Source of the DNA: an uncultured bacterium
Lineage (GTDB): Bacteria; Verrucomicrobiota; Verrucomicrobiia; Limisphaerales; UBA8199
Length of the DNA: 64,000 nucleotides
Reading direction: 5' to 3'
Assembly (NCBI GenBank): GCA_963749495.1
Contig: CAVVMW010000023.1
Coordinates: 64,001-128,000, forward strand
Every line of letters begins with the position of its first letter. The stretch's first letter is position 1. Below are positions 1 to 12,918 of this stretch, one piece after another. The position numbers and the translations under genes are program-made. A model generated the notes under the pieces. That model saw only the letters and a list, made by a program, of their open reading frames with translations. It was not told the DNA's origin and searched no databases.

Positions 1-2964
1 TCCGATACCGCCACCGAGCCCGCCCCTTCGTCATTCGTCATTCGTCATTCGTCATTGGCTCCGCCCCTCGTCTCCGCTCTGGTCTCCGCCTACAATTCCG
101 TGCGGTTCATGCGCGGGTGCCTGGAGGACCTCGAGCGCCAAACCATCGCAGACCGGCTCGAGATCATCGTCGTCAACAGCGCCTCGCCCCAGAACGAGCG
201 CGCCGTCGTCCAGGAATTCCAAAAACGCTACTCGAACATCGTCTATATCCGCACCGAAGAGCGCGAGACGGTCTATGGCGCTTGGAACCGCGCCATCCGC
301 GCCGCTCATGGCAAGTACTTGACCAACGCCAATACCGACGACCGGCATCGGCCGGACGCCTTCGAGGTCCTGGCGCGCGCCCTGGACCAGCACCCGGAGG
401 TGGCGTTGGTCTATGCCGATTGCCTTATCACCCGCACCGAAAACCAGACCTTCGAGACCGCCACCGTGGTCCGCACTTACCAATGGCTGGATTTCAACCG
501 CGCCGACCTCGTTCTCAAGGGGTGCTTTGTGGGACCGCAGCCGATGTGGCGGCGCGAGGTGCATGACGAACACGGCTGCTTCGACCCCGGCTTCGTCTCG
601 GCCGGCGATTACGAATTCTGGCTCCGCATCGCCCGGACGCAGCAATTCCTGCACGTCAAAGAAACCCTTGGCCTCTACCTGGAGTCGCCCGCCAGCGTGG
701 AACACGCCAGCCGCGACCGGGCCGACAAGGAAACCGCCGAGGCCAAGGCCAGGCATGCCGCCGCCCTCCTCGCACCGGCCCCACCCAATCCATCAATCCA
801 TCAATCCGCCAATCCACCAATCCAGCCCGACCGTTCTGCCACCCCCGCTCCGCGCAAGCCCCTCGTTCTGCCCGCTTGCGCCCTGCTCGGCCACCTCGGC
901 CCGGCGCGCGAGTTGCTCCGCCGCCGGACATTGCCGGAGGCCTGGGCCGCTGCGCACGCCGCCATCCAGGCCCGTCCGTTCCATCCCGAGGCCTGGTTGC
1001 TGCTGGCGGAAATCGCGTTGGCCGGCGGGGCTTCCATCCCCGCCCGCCATTGCGCCCAGCACGCCCTCAAGCTTGCTCCGCAATGGAAGCCCGCCAGGAA
1101 GTTCCTCCAGGGCCGCCTGCGCGGCAATGCCAAGCCCGCCTGGCTCGTCATGCCGGAATTAGTCCACAGTCCACAGTCCACAGTCCACAGTCCACAGTCC
1201 ACAGTCCACAGTCCACAGTCCACAGTCCACAGTCCACAGTCCACAGTCCACAGCCCACAGTCCACAGCCCACAGCCCACAGCCCACAGTCCACAGTCGTT
1301 TGTCTGTTTGCCTCATTGCAAAGAATGAGGAAGCGTTCCTCCCGCAATGCCTCGCCTCGGTGCGCGGCCTGGCCGACCAGATTGTCCTCGTGGATACCGG
1401 TTCCACGGACCGCACCGTCGAGATTGCCAGAGAGCACGGCGCCGAAATCCATTCATTCGCCTGGTGCGACGACTTCAGCGCCGCCCGCAATGCGGCCCTC
1501 GAGCACGTCACCGGCGATTGGGTGCTGATGCTGGACGCCGACGAGGAATTGCCCCCGGAAAGCCATGCACCGCTGCGCAGGTTGATGCAGGAAAAGGCGG
1601 TCATCGCCTGGCGCCTGCCGATTATCGATGTGGGCCGCGAGGACGAAGGCTGCAGCTACGTCCCGCGCCTGTTCCGCAACGGCCCCGCCCTCTTCTTCGT
1701 CGGGCGCGTTCACGAGCAGATCTTCAGCAGCCTCGAGGTCCGCCGCAAGGAATGGGGCCTGGACAACCGCCTGGGCGACGCCCCCTTGCGCCACCACGGC
1801 TACCGTCCCGAGGTCGTCAAGGACCGCGACAAGATCGAGCGCAACCTGCGGTTGCTCGAACGGGCGGTCGAAGAAATGCCCGGCGAACCCAACCTGCTCA
1901 TGAGCTACGGCCTCGAACTGGCCCGCTCCGGCCAGCGCGAACGGGGCGTGGCCGAGTACCTCAAGGCCTTCGACCGGATGTCCGAGCAGCCCGCTTCGGC
2001 AGCGGTGCCCGAGTTGCGGGAGATGCTCCTCTCCCAGCTCAGCACGCAGCTCATCGCCCTCAAACGCTGGAGCGAACTGGTCTGCCGGCTCCGTTCGCCC
2101 CTCGCCCAAGCAGGCGGCCTGACCGCCTCGCTCCACTTCGCTTTGGGACTGGCGCATCTTGAACTGAAGCAGTTCAGTGAGGCTGCTGATCAGATGCGCC
2201 AGTGCCTGGACAAACGGCACCTGCCCTCCCTGGCTCCTATCAACAAGGAAATCCGCAAGGCCGGCCCGCGCCATTGCCTGGCCCTCTGCCTGGACCAACT
2301 CGGCCAGGCCGATGCCGCCGCGGAGCAGTTCCGCGCTGCGCTCCAGGACGATCCCAAGTCGCGCCCGGCGCGGCTCGATTACGCGGCGTTCCTCGCCGCG
2401 CACGGCCAACCCGCCGAGGCCCTGAACCTCCTCTTTGCCCTCGCCGGTGAGAGCCCGGAAGATGCGCAGGCCTGGCTGCGGGGCGGGAGCATCGCGCTGA
2501 GCGCGCCGGAGTTTCAGGAAGTGGCCTTGGACTGGACCTCGAGCGCGCACCTGCGCCTGCCGCGCGACCCCGCCGTCGCGCAGCAACGGGCCCAGGCCCT
2601 CACACAGGCCGGCCAATGCGAGGCCGCCCTGCCGTTGTGGCGCAGCCTCGAGCGATGAGAACGGCCAGGTCCAGGTCCCACCGGAGCCGGCGTTCGGCCC
2701 CCCGCCAATGCCGGCCCGGGTCCTGGCCGCCATCGTCCTGTGCGAAACGGCCGCCGCGCGGGACGTTGCCCCGGTGCCGCCCGAGCTCAAGCCGCCGTGA
2801 GCCGCGAGTTCCTCGAGTGGTACCAGCGCCTGATCCGATTCAACGCCCGCGCTGCCATCGAAGAACTCAACCGCCGCATCGAGACCCTCCGCTGCGTGCT
2901 CCCCTCCGCCGCCCGCCTCCTGGCCGCCGCCCTGGCCCAGGCCCAACAGCCGGCGGCGGCGTAG
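1..2964 (+). CDS. Multidomain glycosyltransferase (two GT2-like domains plus TPR-like C-terminus); 5'-partial, with frameshifts near 2650-2800
   Basis: Frame 1 is open from base 1 to 2658. GT2 motifs VSALVSAYNS..IIVVNSASP..NTDD and LSVCLIAKNEE..VDTGSTDRT..LDADE are present, followed by helical TPR-like repeats. A protein-like tail (SREFLEWYQRLIRF...AAA*) continues in other frames to 2964. Confidence 0.85.
27..56 (+). repeat. (TCATTCG)n heptamer tract, read in frame as SSFVIRHSS
   Basis: About 4 tandem copies, seen directly. Confidence 0.9.
786..823 (+). repeat. (CAATCCAT)-like octamer tract inside the glycosyltransferase
   Basis: caatccatcaatccatcaatccgccaatccaccaatcca, translated PSIHQSANPPIQ. 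Confidence 0.8.
1161..1297 (+). repeat. (AGTCCAC)x~19 heptamer tract inside the glycosyltransferase
   Basis: Tandem AGTCCAC/AGCCCAC units giving VHSPQST peptide repeats. Confidence 0.97.
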
Positions 2965-2991
2965 CTGCGCGTCGGGCGCTTGTTGTCAGTA

Positions 2992-3304
2992 CAACCGCTT
3001 CCGAACGCGTGAGGACCGGAGCGCCGACTTTAGTCGGCTTACGGCGTCCGAACGTCAAGCCGACGCGGGTCGTTTCCGAGACCGGTCGTCCTTTCATTTC
3101 TTTGAACGTCCAACACTCCATTCAAGTCGAGCGCGGGGTGGGGTTTAAGCCGACTAAAGTCGGCGCTCCCGCGGCACGCGCCGGATGGACCTCCGCGCCT
3201 GCCTCCTTCGCGAAGCGTCTGGAGTGCGGCGCATTCCGCCGCTCTTTGAACCCACGCTCCGTGGCATTCGAACGCCAGACCGCGCGAATGCGGCGCACTC
3301 CAGG
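2992..3304. repeat. REPIN-like palindromic element, family A (GGAGCGCCGACTTTAGTCGGC ... GCCGACTAAAGTCGGCGCTCC), plus a CTGGAGTGCG..CGCACTCCAG pair
   Basis: Inverted arms at ~3018-3043 and ~3147-3169; a diverged second copy lies at ~9282-9527. Confidence 0.85.
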
Positions 3305-3456
3305 ATGAATTTGTTGGCGATTTCGTGTCGGATTCCGCGCCCGCCGGGACAGTACAAAGATAAAGAATAGCATTGAGGCCGGGCCGGGATTTTTGGCGAG
3401 GCGCACGGAGGTGCAGCCGAACAGGATCTTCCCGTGTTTCGGCAGGTGCCTGGCTT

Positions 3457-6031
3457 ATGAAAATCATCAACAGAGTTCGGTTTGAAGTGCTTGGCGCGGC
3501 CACAACAATGAGCATTGTCGCGGCCGGTTTGACGCCCGCCCTTGGGCAGGTCACGTATCAAAGGCTCAGGCCCTTCGGCTTTGTCGAGTTGTGCAGCACG
3601 TATCCTTCAGGGAGCCTGGTGGAGGGAACCAACGGCGCGCTTTATGGGGTGTCCGAAGGCGGTGGCGAGGCTGAACAAGGCACGCTGTTCCGATTGAACA
3701 AGGATGGCACCGGGTTCACCATCCTCAGGAGCTTCCATGGCACGAATTGCGACGGCAGTTCGCCAGAAGGCGGCCTTTGCCTGGCCGGCAACGGTTCGCT
3801 CTATGGAGTCACCTGGGCCGGTGGTTGCAGTAATCTTGGCACCCTCTTTCGCATTGACCTGGACGGAGGCAATTACTCGGTCCTTAGGAGCTTTGCCGGT
3901 TCCGGTGACGATGGAGCCCAACCGTTTGGCGGTCTGGTCCAGGCGGGCAACGGCCGGCTATACGGGACCACGACAAAAGGAGGCCAGCACAATCTCGGCA
4001 CGGTGTTCTGTCTCAACCTCGATGGCAACGGCTACCGGGTGCTCAGGAGCTTCACCGGGACGAACGGCGATGGCGCGCAACCCAGCGCGGCGCCGGTGCA
4101 GGCAAGCGATGGCGCTCTCTATGGGACCACCTATAGCGGCGGCAGCAACAACCTGGGCACGGTATTCACCCTCCACCTGGACGGCTCCGGTTACCAGGTC
4201 CTCAGGAGCTTCAGCGGCACACAGGGTGATGGCGCCCAGCCCCGGGCGTCGCTTGTGCAAGGCAGCGATGGCGCGTTCTATGGGACTACCTGCCAAGGCG
4301 GCAGCGCCAACCAAGGGACCATCTTCCGCCTATACCCGGATGGCACCGGCTACTCAGTCATCAAGACGTTCACTGGCAGCGAAGATGCAAACCCGCTTGC
4401 GCCGCTGATCCTCGCGACCAACGGCGTGCTCTACGGAACCACCAGAGGCGGAGTCAACGACCTCAACGGCACGGTCTTTCGAAATCAACCCGGACGGCAG
4501 CGGTTACCGGGCGCTGAAGATCTACCAGGCACCGGGGCAAGACGGCGCCCAGCCCGTGCAAGCTCTTGTTCAGGCAAGCGACGGCGCCTTATATGGGACG
4601 ACCTATAGTGGAGGAGGCCCGGACAGCATGGGCACGGTTTTCAGGCTCGATCTCGATGGCGCCACTTACACCGTGCTCCGTAGTTTCCTGGCCAGGGGCG
4701 GAGACGGCTACGATCCCGAGGCCGCGCTGGCCGAGGCCACGAGCGGCTGCCTCTATGGAACGACACGGCAAGGCGGCCGCTATGACCTGGGCACTGTTTT
4801 CAAAATGAACAAGGACGGCACCAGCTACACCTTGCTCCATGCGTTCGCCGGCACCAACGGGCCGGGCCTGGTCTCCGATGGCGCCCTCCCGGTCGGCGGC
4901 CTGCTGCAAGGAACCGACGGCGCGCTTTATGGAACCGCTTCGTGGGATTATGAGTACGAACTCATTGGCCAGGGCACGACCGTTTTCGCCGTCGGTGGAA
5001 ATGGGACGGTCTTCAGGTTGCAGCCGGATGGCAGCGATTACCAGGTGATCAAGCATTTCAACGGGGGCGCGGACGGAGGTTGCCCCTACGGCGGCTTGAT
5101 CCAGGCCACCAACGGAATGCTGTATGGGACAACGTTCGGCGTGGGTGGGGCCTGGCTGGGCACGGTCTTCCGGATGAACCTGGATGGCAGTGGGTATGCC
5201 GTGCTCAAGAACTTCAGCGGCCCTGACGGATATGCGCCCCAAGCGGCCCTGTTGCAGGGCAGGGACGGCCTTCTCTACGGGACAACCCAATCCGGAGGAG
5301 CCGGCGGCGGCGGCACGGTCTTCACATTGAACCTGGACGGCAGCGGCTTTGCGGTCCTCAAGCGATTCCTCGGCTCGGATGGGAGCAGCCCGCAGGCTTC
5401 TCTAACCCAGGGCCTCGATGGCGCGCTTTACGGGACGACCCTTACGGGCGGCAAGTACAGCAATGGCACCGTGTTCAAGCTCAACCCGGACGGCACCGGC
5501 TTTGCCGTCCTGAGGCATTTCATGGGCCGGAACGGCAACGGCAGCGCACCCAGGGCGCCACTGTTGCAGACCAAAGACGGCCTGCTCTACGGAACCACCA
5601 GCGGCGGAGGCAACGACACTCCTGTGGGCGTCGGAACGGTCTTCCGGATGAACCCGGACGGCGGCGGTTTCGTCATCCTCCACGACTTTGTCCAGGACTT
5701 CCATGACGGGCTAAGCCCTGGCGCCGGACTGATCCAGGCCAGCGACGGCATCTTCTACGGGACCACCACCGCTGGCGCCAGGGATCAAAACGGCACCATT
5801 TTCCGCCTGGTTCCTCAGGCCGTGATGTCGCCGCCGGTCCAGGCTGCGGGCAATTGCCGCCTCCGCTTCTCCGGCCTGGCGAGCCGCGCCTACACCATCC
5901 AAAGGGCCTCCGCGATTTCAGGTCCCTGGGCGGCCATCGGCACTGTCACCTCTGGAGTTTCCGGGACCGGAGAATTCCTGGATGCCAACCCTCCGCCTGG
6001 CGCCGCCTTCTACCGGGCCGCCTCTCAATGA
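3457..6031 (+). CDS. Secreted Gloeo_Verruco (GloVer, TIGR03803-like) tandem-repeat protein; frameshift ~4478
   Basis: Signal-like N-terminus; ~13 repeats of LxQxxDGxLYGTTxxGGxxxxGTVFxLxxDGxGYxVLxxF across ORFs 3373-4608 and 4556-6031; C-terminal '...FLDANPPPGAAFYRA' tail. Confidence 0.88.
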
Positions 6032-6105
6032 ACGGCCTCCCGTATTGCCTTGGCTGGCGGTTTGGTATCTGATAGCGGCAGAGCGGCCCGGCGCTCCAGC
6101 AGCAG

Positions 6106-9039
6106 ATGCGGACCATAACCGATTTGGGCCTGTTGCAGGAATACGCGGCGCGAGGCTCGGAAGAGGCCTTCCGTACCCTCGTGGAACGCTATACGGGCCT
6201 CGTGTACTCGGCCGCCCTCCGCCAGACCGGCAACACGCACACGGCCGAAGATATCACTCAAGTGGTCTTTATCATCCTGGCCCGCAAGGCCGGTGCCCTG
6301 CCCCGAACCACGGTCCTTGCGGGATGGCTGTTGCACGCCGCCCGGTTTGTCGCCCTCAACGCCCTCCGCCGCGAGGCGCGCCGTCAGCAAATCGAACGAG
6401 AAACAATCAGCCTTCGCGCGAGCGGACACGACAACGCCTGGGACAGGATTGCTCCCGTGCTCGACGAGGCGCTTTTCAACCTCAGCAAGAGGGACCGGGA
6501 CGCGATTGCCCTGCGTTTCTTCGACCAGAGGAGCTTTAGAGAAATCGGTGAAATCACCGGGACTACGGAGGACAATGCACAGAAGCGGGTCTCGAGGGCG
6601 GTTGTCAGGCTCCGCGGCGGTCTGGCCCGGCGCGGCGTCCAGGTGCCTGCGGCGCTGGCCATCGCGGCCATCAGCGCCGGGGCTGTTCAAGCCGCCCCAA
6701 GCCACCTTGCGGCTTTGGCCGCGAGCGGTGCCACGACCGGCGGCGTTGCGGGCGGGGAGATTCGAACCTGGCCCAAGCGGCGCTCGATGCCCTCCGGAGC
6801 GCCCGCGCCAAGACGCTGGCCCTTCGGGGAGCTGCGACCGTATTGGTCCTGCTCATGGCCTTGCTCGCACTGCGTCAATTCAAGCCGCGCGTGGCAACTC
6901 CTGCCAGCAGCCCCGCCGGCCTTGCTGCCGCGCAACGCGGAACTCAGTTGAGCCGGGGCGCTTTGGAGGCGGCGCCCCGAACCGCCAGCAGCCAGGGACA
7001 ACTGCGTTTGCGCGTCCTGGACGCTCAAACCGAAAGCCCTGTCCCCCAAGCCAAGGTCACCTCGGAATGGACCCCTCGAGGTCCTTTCATTCTCCGCACC
7101 GCCGCAGTCGCCACCGATAGCCGTGGGGAGTGTCGTGTTTCCTTTGGCCCCGGTTCGAGTGAGGACTGGCGGCTCCTGGTGCGGGTGATTGCGGATGGCT
7201 ACGTTCCCAGGCTCATCCGTTGGGGCGGGCCGCGTGGCGACCAGGTTGAGCGTCTGCCGGCGGAATACACGCTCAGGCTGGTCCATGGCCTGCCCATCGG
7301 CGGCCGCGTCGTGAACGAACGCGGTGAACCGGTCCCGGGCGCTCAAGTCAGTTTCGGGGATGTCCTCCTGCCGCCCGTTGAGGATTATGGCTATGGGGCG
7401 CGCGAAGGTCCGGCTCCCGCCCACGTGGAAACGACTGACGAGCGGGGGTTTTGGCGCTGCACCCATCTGCCATCCGAACTCGAAGTCTTACAATTTTCCG
7501 TCTCGCACCCGGACTACTTGCCTGCGAGCTTTGACGAGGATCGCCCTGCCTCCGCTACAGAGCGTGGCGGGCAGCCCTTGAACCGTGAGGACCTTCTGAA
7601 GCAGACCGCTGTGATAGTCCTCAAACCAGGGTTATCGGTCTCCGGAGTGGTCAGGGATTATCGGGGGCAGTCCCTGGCCGGCGCCGAAGTCATCGAAAGC
7701 CACATTGTGCTCGGTGAATTCCTCGAACAACTAGGCACGCGCCTGACAGGAGCCGAGGGTCGATTCAGGTTCAGCAATGTCGCGCAAGGAGATGTAGTTC
7801 TATCCGCGCAAGCTGACGGCTTTGCCGCCGAGAGCAAGGTTGTTCATCCGGCGGCCAATGCGGACGAGGTTGACCTCGAACTCAATCCCACGGCGGTGCT
7901 GCGCGGGCGGGTCGTGGACCAGGACGGCCGGCCGGTTGTTCTTGCCCACATCGTTGCCGCCGATGAACACAGCCGGCAAACCAAGACAGCCTGGCCGGCC
8001 ACCGACGAGCAGGGCAAATTCTTCTGGCCCTCCGCCCCTCCCACCATCGAGCGATACGACATCTGGGCCCCCGATTGCGACACCGCGACCAACGTAGAAT
8101 TGGCTGCGGATGCCACCGAACACCTCATCACGCTGCACAGGCTGCCAACACCCCGCAAGTTCCGCCTCTCGGGCAGCGCCATTGACCGGGCGACTCGGGC
8201 GCCTATCGCCGCGTTCGAGGTCTGGATGGGCCGAACAGCCGGCCCCACCGGGACTGAGGTTGAAATGGGCAGGACCCTCCGGACCACTGGAAGCGACGGC
8301 AGGTTCCTGTTTCTGGAGCGGGAACAAAGCCTCCCCGGATTCCCTGTGGTGAGGTACCTCGCTCGAGATACAGGCGGATGGCTATCGCCCTGCCACGTTG
8401 ACGGTTCCGGGGCCCCTCACCAACGATTGCGAATGGAATTTCGTCCTCGATGCCGCCCCAACGGTTTATGCTGCTGTCCAGTTGCCCGACGGGCAGCCGG
8501 CCGTTGGCGCCACTGTCTTGCTTTGTGCCAGGGAGCAAGAGGCTGCCTACATCATGCTGCCCGCGCGGCTTGACCTCAGCGTTTCAAAAGGGCCTCGCGT
8601 AAGAACGGACCTCAAGGGCGCCTTTACTCTCACAGTGACGAGGCCCGATACCGACGCCTGCATCGCTCACCCCGGCGGATTTGCACACGTGCCGCTCGAC
8701 GAATTGATGGCGTCCCGCGCCGTCACGCTCCAGGCCTGGGGCCGCGTTGCCGGTTCTCTCCGAACCGGGGGCCAAGTCAGTTCAAACCAGCTTATCTCCT
8801 TATACAATGTGCCCTCCGAATCTCGCTCTGCGGTGTGCCTGCTCCGGATAGACAGGACCGACGCCCAGGGCCGGTTCAGCTTCGAAGGCGTCCCGGCAGG
8901 CCGATGGGAACTTTCCCACCAGCCAGGAGCCTCCACCGGCCCAATTCACAAAAAAGTCATGCTTCCATATACGAACACAGCTCCGGTGACCCCGGGCCGC
9001 AGCCTCGAGCTCTTTTGTGAAACCCGGGCTGACCACTGA
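6106..9039 (+). CDS. ECF sigma factor fused to a TM helix and carboxypeptidase-regulatory-like repeats; frameshifts ~6758 and ~8360
   Basis: DLGLLQEYAARGSEEAFRTLVERY..AEDITQVVFIILARKA (sigma2) and RDAIALRFF..AQKRVSRA (sigma4), then a hydrophobic helix and GRVVxxxGxPVxGA repeats in successive frames. Confidence 0.82.
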
Positions 9040-9063
9040 AGTTTCGCTGGAATGATCGCCATG

Positions 9064-9606
9064 CGCCTGTAGGGGCGTCACCCCTCATGTCCCAATCTCC
9101 GGCCGACATTGTTGTTCGCCTCGTCTTCAGCACCAAGCCCTCTTCCGCCCTTACAGGGCGGAGGAATCGTCTTTTGTTGTTACCTGGGGCTGCGCGCTGC
9201 GCGCTTCACCCCAGGCTTTCACATTGCGGGCCTTCGGCCCTCTCGTTTTCCGCCCGAACAGTTGCGCTTCTTCTTAGCACAACCGCTTCCCGAACGCGTG
9301 AGGCTCGGAGCGCCGACTTTAGTCGGCTTATGGCGTCCGAGCGGCGAGCCGACGCGGGTCCTTTCCGAGATCGGCCCTCTTTTCATTTGTTTGAACGTCC
9401 AACGCTCCAGTCAGATCGAGCGTGGGGTGGTTCTTGGCCGGTTTAAGCCGGCTAAAGTCGGCGCTCCGGCGGCACGCGCCGAATGCGCCTCCGCGCCTCC
9501 CTCGTTCGCGAAGCGTCTGGAGTGCGGGTGTTATGAGTTTACTTGACCGCTGCCCTGGCTGCGGACATGGCTGCGCCCGAGGACGGGCGCACTCCTATCT
9601 CGCCCC
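9064..9606. repeat. Stack of three different REP-like elements (families E, A and half of B)
   Basis: Hairpin arms at 9064-9241; family A copy at 9282-9527; 9541-9606 matches the right half of the element at 31581-31701. Confidence 0.75.
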
Positions 9607-9704
9607 AGCCGGTGGGGGCGGCGTCGGGATACGCCCGCCGCACGCTTGCCAAAGAGTGCGATTCGTGGTCGGATTTTCGGCGTCAGCGGCTTCTTAGCTG
9701 TGAA

Positions 9705-12700
9705 ATGAGCACGATGGACAGCGTTGGACTGCTTCGCGACTACGCCGAGCACGGCAACGAAGCCGCTTTCGGCGAAGTGGTTGCCCGGTACATTGACCTG
9801 GTCTATTCCACGGCCGTGCGCCGTGTCGGCGGTGACGCCGACCTGGCCCGCGATGTCACGCAGACCGTCTTCACCGACCTGGCCCGCAAGGCGCGGTCGT
9901 TGGGCGGACAAGTCATGCTGGGCGGATGGCTGCACCGGCACACGGGCTTTGTGTCGGCCAGTGTGGTGCGAAGCGAACGACGCCGTCAGGCTCGCGAACA
10001 ACAGGCCGCCGAGATGAACACGCTCCACCATTTCCCCGACCCCGCCTGGCAGCAACTGGCGCCCGTGCTGGATGAAAGCATCGATGCCCTGGACGCGCCG
10101 GATCGCCAGGCCATCCTGCTGCGCTTTTACGAACGGCGCGACCTCCGCTCCGTGGGCGCCGCGCTGGGCGTGAGCGATGACGCGGCGCAAAAACGCGTTG
10201 GCCGCGCCTTGGATAAGCTGCGCGCGCTGCTGGCCAATCGTGGCGTCACGCTGAGCGGCGCGGCGCTCGCCGGCCTCATGGCCGCCGAGGCCGTCACGCG
10301 GCTCCGGCCGGCCTGGCTCACACGGTGCGCCAGGGGGCGCTGGTGGGTGTGGCTTCCGGTTCCGGCTTGACCCTCGCGCTCATGAGACTGGCCGGTCCGC
10401 TGGCAATCAAGTGGGCGCTGGGCGTGGCGGCCCTCGCCACGGTGGCAACCGCCTTGCTCGTGACCCGGCATCCAGGCCCAACGCCCGTCATGGCCAACGG
10501 CGCTGGAGCGGCCACCAAGGCAGCGACGGCGCGTTCGTCTGCCGGTGCCCCGGCTGCCGGTCCGGAGGGTCTTGCCGCTGCTGCGCCCGCCGCCAGGAGC
10601 AATGTGCTCCTGCTTCACCTCGTTGCCGCCGACAGCGGCAAACCCATAGCAGGAGCGACCATCGAGTTCCAGGTGGTTCCACCAAGGGGGAGCAGCCCCG
10701 CTCCTCGGACGCCGCTCAAATTGACCTCCACGGAGCAGGGCCTCTGCGAGATCCCGCTGCCCGCTGAGCCGGCCTGGTCTTGGTTTCAAGCCGCGTCGAT
10801 GGATTCGTGGACACCAGCCTGGCATGGAACCCTGAACGGGGCCAGACGATGCCCGCGCAATACACGCTGCGCTTGCCGCGTTCGGTGCCCATCGGCGGGC
10901 TGGTGCTGAATCAGGACGATAAACCGGTCTCCGGCGCGCAGGTCCAAGTTGCCAGTGGCGGCAGCACCAGCGCTGAGGTTCCCCACATCACCACGCAGGC
11001 TGCGGAACTGACGGTCACGGATGCTCAAGGCCGTTGGCGCATTGATCGATTTAGCAGAGAGGCCCTCTGGGCAAAGGATCGAAGCGTTGCGCATCTTTCG
11101 CTCCAGGCATTGCACCCGGATTACTTCCAGGATGTCATGCACAGTTATGGCACCGGCGCATGGGACCAGGTACGGACGCAACTGTTGGCCGGCGAGTATG
11201 TCTTCAGGCTCGCCCGCAGGGTGCCCCTGCGCGGGACCGTGGTGGACACCAACAGCCAGCCCGTGCCCAACGTGAAGATCACGGTGGACAATCCGCATGG
11301 ACCCAGTCCCCCTGAGATGACCAATCAAGCAGACGGCACATTCGCAATGGCCCCATGCCGGGCGGGCGCCAACTGGCTTCGCTTCGAGGCAAGCGGGTTT
11401 GCCTTGACGAAGCTGGAAGTCGACCTGAAGCCGGACATGGCCCCGATGCGCGTGACGCTTGGGGCGGCCAAACCGTTGCGGCTGCGCATCATGGCTCGAA
11501 ACGGACTGCCCGTGCCGCAAGCCACCGTTACCCAAAGGACCTTCGTCGAGATAGGGGCCTCGGCGGCCGCATCGGGGCGCGCGCAACGCATGGGAATGTC
11601 CCGGGTGCTCTTCAGCCAGCAGGCCGACCCCGACGGGCGCGTCCGGTGGGACAGCCCGCCCGAGGACCTTCTCTCGCTGGAGGTCGCCGCTGCCGGCCTG
11701 CGCAGCACCAATGTGCTGCTGAAAGCCGATGGAGAGGAGCACGTCATCACGCTCGCGCCGGCGCTGACCGTTTTTGGCACCGTGCATGACGCCGCGACCG
11801 GCGAGCCCATACCTCATTTCACCCTGAGCGCGGCCGGCACACGCGCGCCCGGGGGCCAGAACATCGAGTTTGAGGGCGGGCAATTCCGGCACGTCGAGGA
11901 GAATGCCGATGGGCGGACTGTGCGGTTCAAGTTCGAGGCGGAGGGCTACGTGCCGTTCGTGACCCGCGAGGTGCAAGTTGACGCGGGCGAAGTCCAGTTC
12001 GATATCCAGATGCAAGCCGCCGCCTCCACGAAGGTCACCCTCCTCCTGCCGGATGGCACGCCCGCGACTAACGCCGACCTCGCGCTCGTCGAACCGGGCG
12101 GACACCTGATCGTGACTGAAGGCGGTTTGAGGCCTTTGGGGAGCAGAAACAGCCGCGATCGGCTTTCGCTCGACGACCAGGCCCGCTTCACCTTGCCGCC
12201 GAGCGAGGAAGGGACCTGGGTCGTCGCCGCCGCGCCGGAGGGTTACGCGGCAGCGTCGGCGTCGGCGTTGGCCGCCGAACCGACGGTGCGTCTGCTGCCC
12301 TGGGGCAGAATCGAGGGCAGGTGCCTGGCCGGAGGCAAACCCGCGGCGGGCGCGTCGTTCAGACTTGCCACAAAGACTCCCATTGCGCAGACCCTTTACG
12401 ATGTCGAGGCTGACGAGAACGGGCACTTCACGTTTCCAACCGTGCCGCCGGGCAATCTGACCCTGAGCAAATGGAGTGCGCGCGGCACCCGTCAGGCGGC
12501 GCTGAACCCGCTGGCGGAGGTGGCGATACAGCCGGGCGAGACCAAGACGATCTCGGTGGGCGCTTACACTGCGGCCGCGCGCCTGCACTGGCCGGAGGGC
12601 ATGAAGCGGGGAGCCGATTGGAGCATCCTGGCATATTATCTGAAGGCGCAGAATGCAGGTCCAACTGGGCCAGGCCACCGGCTCGCTGAAACTGCCGAGG

Positions 12701-12885
12701 GCGGATTGGTCGCCGAGGACCTGACGGCCGGGAGTTACGTGGTGAAGGTGTCCATCGGCGGTCCGCCTGGGAGCAATGGCCAGGGCAAGTTCCTGCTGCG
12801 CGCGGAGGCCCCGTTCACCGTTCCCGCCGAGCCGTCCAGCGGCACGCTCGACCTGGGCGAGATCGTCCTGCAACGGGCGGATTGA
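9705..12885 (+). CDS. Second ECF sigma factor with TM helix and carboxypeptidase-regulatory-like extracellular extension; frameshifts ~10298 and ~10785
   Basis: LLRDYAEHGNEAAFGEVVARYIDLVYSTAVRR..DVTQTVFTDLARKA; DRQAILLRF..AAQKRVGRALDKLR; the downstream frames parallel the previous gene and end DLGEIVLQRAD. Confidence 0.82.
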
Positions 12886-12918
12886 CTGGATTCTCACCAG
12901 CGATCTGGGTCTTCGATC

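Noticed and set aside
3457..5820. Nucleotide-level periodicity as a DNA repeat element
   Set aside because: Explained by the protein-level Gloeo_Verruco repeats.
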